Shown: in pieces, positions 12,987 to 22,222 of the stretch
Layout of the letters: every line of letters begins with the position of its first letter
How positions within the stretch are numbered: position 1 is the stretch's first letter
The notes under the pieces: model-generated
Seen by the model: the letters and a program-made list of their open reading frames with translations, nothing else
Told to the model about the DNA's origin: nothing
Databases searched by the model: none
Position numbers and translations under genes: made by a program
Assembly (NCBI RefSeq): GCF_001194135.2
Contig: NC_068986.1
Location: 44,186,624 to 44,229,920 of the forward strand
DNA: 43,297 bases
From: Octopus bimaculoides
Taxonomy: Eukaryota
Reading direction: 5' to 3'

Positions 12987-14048
12987 CTGTAATAACCCAT
13001 GTAATTTACGCACTTTTTTGCAAAAATAAAAATAAACTTTAGTGGGTGTGTAAATTACATGGTTAGATCATTTCCAGAATTTTTTTTGTTGAAAAAAGAC
13101 GTACAAAACGTGAAAATTCAAACTGGAAGTTGACTCATTTAATGGCTAAATAGGTTTTTACAGAAAAAATAAAGGCTTGAATATGCATAATAAAGTCGAC
13201 TTTAATTTATGCTGGATGGTATAATGCTTACTTTTTCTGTATAAATTACTAAAACCATTAAATGGTTAACTAATTTTTGAAGTCTGATGTTCATGCTGAT
13301 AAAAACGGTCTGGGCCATATTTTACATTGCATGGAGTTTCTGCCTATCACAATAGAGCACATATTTAATTTCTCCTTCACAGTAAATGATTCATAAGTTC
13401 TGCTCATACTGACAAAAATGGTAATGATAAATTTTTAAGTTTGCCTGACAGTTTATAAGTGTGAAAGGGATTCAAATTTCAATACTCCATATCAAAGGTT
13501 CTGACAAGAATAAGCGTAAAAGAATTGTTTACATAATCAGTTTGATCAGTCACCTTCCTTTGTCAGTTGAGTAAAGTGTCATCCAAGCTGATGTTTATTG
13601 GTAATTAAACTTAATTTGCAGTACCTGTGCATATTTATCAGCTTTGTTTTTGTTGGTAATTCTTATCAACTACTTTTCCCGTGATCGTGATTTGAGAAGA
13701 CATACAGCAGTATGCTAAAGATTGGACATAATCTGTTGTAGGCAAGAAATGTAAAATAAAGTTTATGATAAACAACACAAACACTTTGGAATTTAATAGG
13801 TTTCAATGTGATTCCTGTTAAACAGAAATTATTTTTATTTGATGAAAATTTAATAAAATCTAATCATAAGTAGGTGAAATTATGCTAAATACAACTAAAT
13901 TGTAAACCTTTTTCCCCTGGCTACATCGGCAATTCTGAAAACTTTTAGGTACGAATTTTACATGAGTAGAAGCATTTTTTAACAAATTTTATCCTGAAAA
14001 TCACCTGTGTAAATTACACAGGTGCACAAATTACATGGGTTTTTATGG
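12987..14048 (-). mobile_element. pogo/Tc1-mariner-like non-autonomous element in the zinc-finger gene intron
   Basis: About 27-bp imperfect TIRs (12987-13013 CTGTAATAACCCATGTAATTTACGCAC; 14022-14048 reverse complement CCATAAAAACCCATGTAATTTGTGCAC), TA on both flanks, and repeated internal gtgtaaattaca motifs. Weak AETP trace on the minus strand (cf. DETP). Confidence 0.55.
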
Positions 14049-14989
14049 TATATTATACACTGTATATTTTTTTATGTTCATCTTTGTAGTCTTATTACTC
14101 ATGTTTATATCATTGTTGTAAAGGTAACATTTTGTGGGATGATAATGAAAGAAATATACTTTGCTGATAATAAACATGCTGCAAATACTTTAGTACGGAT
14201 AGCAATTTACTATTATTACTCATGCTTCGATTGTTATTAGCTGCGACTAGGGAATGAAAAAATTTGATGTAAACGCTTCTTGCTAGATAATCTCAAACTT
14301 TATATTGACCCTATATTTTACTATATGTATGTTGAAACATCATTGAAACAAGTCATATATCAATTCTGATATAAATTTTTTTTGTGGTGGATTTTATAAT
14401 GTTAAATAGGTACAAGTTAACTGATTATTTTATTAATATTGCATGTAATACATATATATCCATTTATATATCCTACCAAATTTTTACACACTTGATAGTC
14501 CAATCACTGCAGTATTTTTCCTGAGGTAACATCTGTTATAGATTCACCATGTTAAAAACACAATGCATATTAGGAAGAGACAAAAATTCTTTCCAATAGC
14601 AGCTAGCAAAAGCACCAGATGAATTTCAGTCTTTTTAGGCTATTTCAGTGATGCATCTAGCCACATGCTCAGACAAGAATTTATCATCTCAGATATAGGA
14701 AAAGGGGTCTGTGTTTGTTTCCTAAGGTTATCGAGTTTTGATTTGTCCAATGCTCCATTCATAGTCAGGATTTAATATTTGATTTTGTCTAGTTCTGCTT
14801 GTTTGAGTTTCAAAGAAGACTGATAATTATTACTTTTTAAAGTTATCTCTACAAATTTTCTATAAAAATTAGAGCCTGGCTTGAAAGTTATGTTTCATAT
14901 ATGAATACTTCTATGTAAACGATGTGATCGAGAATATCAAAATAGGTAATGGGTGCATATGCATATTTCTTCAGCACTACATCTAACTC

Positions 14990-15369
14990 GTGGAGGTGCA
15001 ATGGCCCAGTGGTTAGGGCAGCAGACTTGCGGTCATAGGATCGCGGTTTCGATTCCCAGACCAGCCGTTGTGAGTGTTTATTGAGTGAAAACACCTAAAA
15101 GCTCCACGAGGCTCTGGCAGGGGGTGGTGGTGAACCCTACTGTACTCTTTCACCACAACTTTCTCTCACTTTTTCATCCTGTTTCTGTTGTACCTGTATT
15201 TCAAAGGGTCAGCCTTGTCACACTGTGTCACACTGAATACCCCTGAGAACTATGTTAAGGGTACACGTGTCTGTGGAGTGCTCAGCCACTTGCACATTAA
15301 TTTCATGAGCAGGCTGTTCCGTTGATCGGATCAACTGGAACCCTCAACGTCGTAAGCGACGGAGTGACA
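14990..15369 (+). mobile_element. full-length tRNA-derived SINE, family A (OR1/OR2-like octopus SINE)
   Basis: A-box tggcccagtgg, B-box ggtttcgattcc, and an 11-bp TSD ACATCTAACTC (14979-14989 and 15370-15380). Homologous to 20941-21277 and 28268-28577. Confidence 0.9.
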
Positions 15370-15588
15370 ACATCTAACTCATTAACCATCCACTGAAAAG
15401 CCTTAAATATACTTGGTAGTATGTTATGGTTGCATCATAAAATATGGTGTCCCTACCAGTAATTAATATGATAATTATTATATATCTCAGCTAAACACAG
15501 TGACTGAAAAAAATCAAATCAATTTCTGGTTCCCATTTATTTCTTTTTTCTTTTAATGTTATCTCATGTTTATTCCATTGTATCTTAG

Positions 15589-15716
15589 AACAAGAACAGG
15601 AGGCTTTGATTCTCAACTGTGCTACTTGTGAAATGACATTTTTCTCTGCATGGAGCCTTGTGCAACACTGTCAGACAGAACATAATCTGGCTTTGTTCAA
15701 AGAAGGTAGACAAATT
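15589..15716 (+). CDS. zinc-finger gene coding exon B: BCL11/ZNF296-type C2H2 finger (EQEQEALILNCATCEMTFFSAWSLVQHCQTEHNLALFKEGRQI)
   Basis: Acceptor ccattgtatcttAG, in frame with exon A (phase 1). C-x2-C-x12-H-x4-H with SAWxLxQH, compare BCL11A ZF1 [24 protein letters not shown]. Donors at 15717 (GTAAGT, phase 0) or 15706 (GTAGAC, phase 1). Confidence 0.9.
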
Positions 15717-16444
15717 GTAAGTATACTGCAAGTTTAAATGTATCAAATGTGTACTTTTCAGACAAAGAGCTGAATGTTATATTTCTTACGTATTTCTTCT
15801 CACAAATAATAATAAATAAATAACACTCTCTTTTTTTTTTTTATCTTTCACTCATATCAATATTTTCTATATATTTTATTTTTCCTTTTTTTTTTGTTTT
15901 TCTGTAGTAAAGTTACTACTTCGGATATTAACTTTAGTGATTTTTCAGAATGTTAAAAATCATTTAGCAAATTTTAAATATGAAGTAAAGATCTTAAGCT
16001 CTTGTAACTAAAATTGTCTCTTAAAAACAAAATGAGAGGGGTGGGAGATCTTAGACTATGCAGCTATTAGGAAAATTTATTTTCACTTTAAAATGTTTAT
16101 CTTTATATGCTCTGAAAATACTAGGTGATATGGAAACAAGTGTATCACATATTTATTTTGTCTCGCAATTGATGAACAATGTTGGTTGCAAGTTTTGTAA
16201 TGGGGCAATCTTCTGATTCACTGTATTCTGACAGCAAGAATGCTAAGAAAGAGTCTATAATTAAGAACAAATTCGCTTAAAGGATGCTGGTGTTTTGGCT
16301 TACTTACCAATATTCTCTCAATATTCTCTCCCCCCCACTCTCTCTCATGCATATGTTTGTCAAAAGATATTACTCATAGATGCACATGCACACACACCAC
16401 AGGTTTCCTTACATTTTTTTCTATCTTCAGTTACATTGTTTACA

Positions 16445-16590
16445 AACATGTATTCTGCCGACCAAATCCATCCATAAGGTTTTGGTTGGCCTGGGTCAGT
16501 ATTAGAAGACAGTTGCCAAGGTGCCAGGCAATGGGACTGAACCAGTACCATGTGGCTGGGGAGCAAACTTTGTACAACGTAGTCATGCTT
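16445..16590 (-). mobile_element. SINE family C head (reverse)
   Basis: ccaaatccatccataaggttttggt..agaagacagttgccaaggtgcc..gggactgaacc..catgtggctgggg. Source of ORFs 16357-16638 and 16360-16566. Confidence 0.75.
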
Positions 16591-17336
16591 GTACCATCTT
16601 CCTTAGAATTATTGCAGATACTAAAAGACATCTATTGATTGTAGAACCTTTGTTTCCTAGTACTCATTTCATTGGTTTAATTTAGAATAAAGGGATTTGA
16701 AACAGGAAACAAGAAAAAGAGTAAACATTTTCAAAAGATATTTAAACATTTGAATAAGTAAGTACCACCAAATAATGTTGATTTCCGTTACCTCGGCACA
16801 GCAAATTTTTGCAAGTAAGGGGTTCATGATCTCAAATTCCACTGAAGTTGAGAATTGTTCCATTTCTCCAGAGTGAATAAAAATAATTAGAGAAACATCC
16901 TATGAGGTTTCAGATCTGGAGTAAATGTGTGAATCTCTATTTAAATCCAAAGGCTCTCTCTCAACACATGACTATGATGCTCCTCAACTACTACTCATCG
17001 TCAAAGATGTAGATATTGTCAGCCACTAAAAGACATGTTCAAGTGGTTATGGTCAAGTAACTGACAAGCAAATCTGTGGTATTGAGCAGAATTTTTGCTA
17101 TAATGATATTTCTGCTTCAACAACTCAGCACTGAATCTGTCTAAAATGTAATGAAAAATAGGTCAGTTTGAAAACATTGATGTCCAGGACACCAAAGCAA
17201 AGTTTGAAGGGAATAGTAGTCATTTTCTTTGATTTCTAGATAGAAGCAATCAAGAAATAACACTTACTGACCAAAGACAAAAATAAATAGAAATGTTATT
17301 TTAACCTTTTTTCTATTAAAAAGAATCCAACCTAAA

Positions 17337-17548
17337 TTAACCCTTTAGATTATTCTATCAAATATAATGCTTTTTCATTTAGATTATTTTTAATCAATGT
17401 ATTATTTTGTAGCTTTGAAATTTTAATGATGTGATTGTATATTTTTAGAATAGGGTAGGTGTGTGATAGGCTGGATCTGGCTAGTTAGAACATAAAACAA
17501 GTTGCATATTTGGGGCGGAAATGGCTAGTTTAAATGCCAAAGGGTTAG
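17337..17548. mobile_element. piggyBac-type MITE, copy 3
   Basis: TTAA-CCCTTTAG ... AATGCCAAAGGG-TTAG. Body homologous to copies 1 and 2. Confidence 0.75.
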
Positions 17549-17637
17549 TTTGATGGTTTGGTGGAAATGCATTAATTTCCGTATTGTAGCATTTTTTGTT
17601 TTTTGTTTTTTTTTTGCATCTGATTTTTCCCTTTCAG

Positions 17638-17742
17638 TTAGATGATTCTAATGGCACCAGTGTAAAAATAGAATTATCATCTAATGATACAACTCAAAAT
17701 TCGACTGCTGTAGAAGTCAAACAGGAACCTAAGGATCAGTAG
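17638..17742 (+). CDS. zinc-finger gene coding exon C: acidic Ser/Thr tail ending in TAG (LDDSNGTSVKIELSSNDTTQNSTAVEVKQEPKDQ*)
   Basis: Strong acceptor tgatttttccctttcAG, in frame with the phase-0 donor of exon B. 34 open codons, TAG at 17740-17742, then donor atg|GTAAAT at 17750. Confidence 0.75.
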   Translation, partial: LDDSNGTSVKIELSSNDTTQNSTAVEVKQEPKDQ

Positions 17743-17905
17743 TATAATGGTAAATATTTAAAATTACTTTTTCTATTATTTACTTTACTTTTTGTATTAT
17801 TTATTTTACTTTTATCTTCATATATTTAAAATTGCAGTTTGTTATTAAAAAATCTGTTACACTTCGTATTTTAACTGAAATGTTTTTTTATTTTGTTTAT
17901 TTCAG

Positions 17906-18036
17906 GAGCTGCTATAATTTTAACTTTGAAGTACGTTTCACCGAAAATCCAACTGTTATCCATTTTGGGTGTAGAATTTTCAAAGAAATCCACATATCCT
18001 ATTACCCTTTCATATCATCTTTTATTGAAATTATAA
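17906..18036 (+). other. next exon of the zinc-finger gene (3'UTR, or coding if the TAG is bypassed); 3' end undetermined
   Basis: Acceptor tttttttattttgtttatttcAG (17904-17905) closes a 156-nt intron from 17750. Candidate AATAAA at 18605-18610. Confidence 0.5.
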
Positions 18037-19639
18037 CTTAAGACTATACACACACATATATCTCTAGAATTTCTGGCATGTTTTGAGAAATTTCCATGCC
18101 TGTGTTTTTTCTCTCATTGTTTATACAGAGGATCTGTAATTATTCTGTAAATCTTTCAGTGATAGCAAGCATTGTAGAAAATCAAACCAAATACCTTAGA
18201 GTATTTAGTTTCACCCTTTTCTATGCTGAGTTTAAATCTCACTTCAGTCGACTTTACCTTTCATCCTTTTGAAAGCAGTAAAATATAAGTGGCAGTAATA
18301 TATTACTGTTGGGAAAGAGTTATTTTAATTACTTATACTTCTTCCTATACGAAAATTTCCCTTGTATTCAATGGAAAACAATATAATCTTCATCATCATT
18401 ATTATTATGAATAGTAGGATGGTGGATGGCAGAATCAGTCAAGCACTGAGGTTCGGTTTCATCTTTTAAAGCTCTGATTTCAAACCCTATCAGGGTTGAC
18501 TTTACCAATAGTCCTGCCACAGTTGATAAAATAAGTACCAGTAACATTGATTCTTCATTCAATTCACTATACATCTCTCCTACAAATTTGTGGCCTTGCG
18601 CCATAATAAATTTTCGTCATTGTTTTTTTTTTTAACCATTATTATTATTATATGTATTAGTACAACAATTAGAAGTATGTTGTGTAGAAGTGTTTTATAT
18701 TATTTGAATAACATCGAAAATGGGATACAAACATTCAGTTTTAATTTCATTTCATTTCATTCTCAAAATAATTTTTACAAAGCGTTCATTTTAAACACCT
18801 CTATTGTAATTTATATAATATCAAAAATAAAACGCCCCTCCATATTTACTGTTGAATGTGCTACTGAGTATTATTAGCAAAAAGTAGAAGTATTTGAACT
18901 TCTCTTGTTCAACAAATTATTTATATACTTATTAATAATGCAGGTATTATTTAATTGCTACACTCACTACCATAAAAAATAAAAAATGAAAAGAACTTGA
19001 GTCACACTGGAAGACTTCGGTAGAAGATAACCAGATTATTTGTTCCCTCTCTTATTTATTTTTATATGCATTTGTCCACAGTTGATTGTGAGTACAAGAA
19101 ACATGCAAATTCTCTTCAACAATGCTACTTGTGGAAAACAAAAAAAAATTACCAGTCTCATCTTTCATTAAAAATAAAAAGAAATTGCAATATTCAAAAA
19201 GGACATCATTTTATATGTATTCACATGTAATAAATTTATAATGTAAGCATATGTTTTTGTTTAAATGAATTGTTATTTATTTTCATCATCATCATACTTC
19301 TAGTTTCAATGCTGATATGAAAACATAGATGAATGGTTCTATACCAACACAGCATATTGCCATATGTTGTGTCTTTTGATATGGTTTTTATGGCTAGATG
19401 CACTTCCTATTACCAACAACTTTACTGCTTGGATTGGCTGCATTTTATTGTGCCACTGAGGCTAACTCTCTTACTGCAAAAATCAGATATGTCCACTTAG
19501 AATTTCATAACCCATAACTGTGTAAAACAGTTTTATATACAAATCTATCTTTTGTTGAAAAATGTCATGCTTGAAGCTCTTTTATGTTTTTGTTGAGATA
19601 TATCAAGTTTAATGAGGCAACATGATTTGCAGAAAATCA

Positions 19640-19860
19640 TCATTATCATCATTTAACATCTGCTTTTCATGCTGGCATGGGTTGGACAGTTTTGACTTGG
19701 TTTTTATGGCTGGATAATACCAGCACAGACGAGGTCAGTTTTGTCATGGTTTTTACAACTGGATACCCTTCCAAATGCCAATCATTTCACAGTGTGGACG
19801 GGATGCTTTTTACGTGGCACCAGCACTGACAAGGTCACCAAGTAACTTGCAAGACAAAGA
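19640..19860 (-). mobile_element. SINE family F 3' part (reverse), decayed
   Basis: catcatttaacatc...ggatacccttccaaatgccaa...gctttttacgtggcacc is the reverse complement of the motifs at 25930-26265. A more decayed piece lies near 19290-19460. Confidence 0.65.
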
Positions 19861-20099
19861 ATTTTTGAGAGGAGAGGGGGAATTGGAGGAGTTGATCTTG
19901 TTTCAGATTCTATTTTTCAGGAGATATTTAACATCCTTACTGGAATAACCATGAAATTCAATTTTGTAATTAAAAAGATAAAGTGGTTTTCTTGACCAAG
20001 ACTAGAGTCTCCTACCTGTATCATTTTTGATTCACAGTTACTGCCCTCAGTGTAACTTAGAGAACCCACATTTTTTTTATTTCTTTACATATTTATTTA

Positions 20100-20444
20100 T
20101 ACTCTTATACTCTTATACTTGTTTCAGTCATTTGACTGTGGCCATGCTGGAGCACCGCCTTTAGTCGAGTAAATTGACCCCAGGATTTATTCTTTGGATG
20201 CCTAGTACTTATTCTATCGGTCTCTTTTTGCCAAACCGCTAAGTTATGGGGACGTAAACACACCACCATCGGTTGTCAAGCGATGTTGGGGGGACAAATA
20301 CAGACACATACACAGACATACACATATATATACATATATACGACAGGCTTCTTTCAGTTTCCGTCTACCAAATCCACTCACAAGGCTTTGGTCGGCCCGA
20401 GGCTATAGTAGAAGACACTTGCCCAAGGTGCCACACAGTGGGAC
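20100..20444 (-). mobile_element. composite SINE C/D (tRNA head, microsatellite, 3' tail), running into the gap
   Basis: tacttgtttcagtcatttgactgtggccatgctggagcaccgcc...gacaggcttctttcagtttccgtctaccaaatccactcacaaggctttgg. Low divergence from the other copies. Confidence 0.88.
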
Positions 20445-20940
20445 NNNNNNNNNNNNNNNNNNNNNNNNNNNNNNNNNNNNNNNNNNNNNNNNNNNNNNNN
20501 NNNNNNNNNNNNNNNNNNNNNNNNNNNNNNNNNNNNNNNNNNNNNNNNNNNNNNNNNNNNNNNNNNNNNNNNNNNNNNNNNNNNNNNNNNNNNNNNNNNN
20601 NNNNNNNNNNNNNNNNNNNNNNNNNNNNNNNNNNNNNNNNNNNNNNNNNNNNNNNNNNNNNNNNNNNNNNNNNNNNNNNNNNNNNNNNNNNNNNNNNNNN
20701 NNNNNNNNNNNNNNNNNNNNNNNNNNNNNNNNNNNNNNNNNNNNNNNNNNNNNNNNNNNNNNNNNNNNNNNNNNNNNNNNNNNNNNNNNNNNNNNNNNNN
20801 NNNNNNNNNNNNNNNNNNNNNNNNNNNNNNNNNNNNNNNNNNNNNNNNNNNNNNNNNNNNNNNNNNNNNNNNNNNNNNNNNNNNNNNNNNNNNNNNNNNN
20901 NNNNNNNNNNNNNNNNNNNNNNNNNNNNNNNNNNNNNNNN

Positions 20941-21277
20941 AAGGGCAGTGGACTCGCGGTCATAAGGTCGCGGTTTCGATTCCCAGACCGGCCGTTGTGA
21001 GTGTTTATTGAGTGAAAACACCTAAAAGCTCCACGAGGCTCTGGCAGGGGATGGTGGCGAACCCTGCTGTACTCTTTCACCACAACTTTCTCTCACTCTT
21101 TCATCCTGTTTCTGTTGTACCTGTATTTCAAAGGGTCAGCCTTGTCACACTGTGTCACACTGAATACCCCTGAGAACTACGTTAAGGGTACACGTGTCTG
21201 TGGAGTGCTCAGCCACTTGCACGTTAATTTCACGAGCAGGCTGTTCCGTTGATCGGATCAACTGGAACGCTCGACGT
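20941..21277 (+). mobile_element. SINE family A copy (5' end in gap)
   Basis: Near-identical to 14990-15369 from agggcag.ggactcgcggtcat onward. Confidence 0.9.
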
Positions 21278-21560
21278 CTGATGAAGAATTTGTGAATGAG
21301 GCTCTACATAGCTAGGCAGGAGAACAGGAAGACACTGAGATAGAGGAAATTACACCAAAACAGCCAACACCGTTTAAAATGTGGAATCTCATGGACATTA
21401 CCATCCGCTACATAGGAATATCTTTTGATTCTGTGATTGAGCCTTACTATGAACATTTTCAACCATTCAGAGCAGTCGTAATTAAGAAATGATGTCAGAG
21501 CAAGAAACAATTGAGACTGGATGTTTTCTTTGAACTAACTTCTCTGACTCCCACTCATAT
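21278..21560 (+). mobile_element. possible Tigger/pogo transposase C-terminal remnant
   Basis: Acidic stretch DEEFVNE...EQEDTEIEEI followed by QSKKQLRLDVFF, resembling the KKQxxLDxFF C-terminus of pogo/Tigger transposases. Interrupted by stops. Confidence 0.35.
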
Positions 21561-22222
21561 TTCAACTCCAACATTCTATAAATGACATTTGTTTACAAGT
21601 TAACAGATGTTACCAGTATCACCACTTGTCTACTTTTCAGAAGAGTCTGCAGGTGGTGGATTCTACTTCATCTACACGTTCAGAAACTGAATTGAAACTA
21701 CTCGCATTGGTTATAGCAAAAATACTCTTTAGCTACATAATCAAAAAGGTACATAAAAATTATATATTCTTTATGATAATTTTAAAATTATATATTGTGC
21801 AGTAGTGCATATCATATAAAAGCTTTTCTTTAAAAAACAGTACAAAATAACTCTGAGGTTACCGTCAGTGTAACATAGTTTTTGGTGCTAACAGTCACAC
21901 ATCCTTATTAGTCAGCTGAATCTAGGAGTTACTCTGTCTGTTTGTCTCTCTCTCTATATATATATAGATATATATATCAATACGTAATTGTAAGCTCCAA
22001 GGATCTAAGGGTAGGAAATTTGTACGCTTTGGGCAGTCTGATGAGTAGCTGGCTGGGTACCCCTTGTTGAGTAATTATTGCATCAGAGAACCTGCTAGCT
22101 AGGAAACATACGTAGCCTGGATTTTACCTGTTCCACTCCCTCATTTTGGATTTTTATGTACATATCATTTTATCCTTATACTTGTTTCAGTCATGTGACT
22201 GGCCATGCTGGAGCATTGCCTT

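Noticed and set aside
14990-15065. tRNA gene (also 20941 and 28268)
   Set aside because: A and B boxes are present, but there is no clean cloverleaf, the head continues into a shared 300-bp body, and TSDs flank it. These are SINE heads.
20273-21083. Long ORFs of 193-230 aa (also 5928-6199)
   Set aside because: Mostly X from assembly gaps, flanked by SINE sequence.
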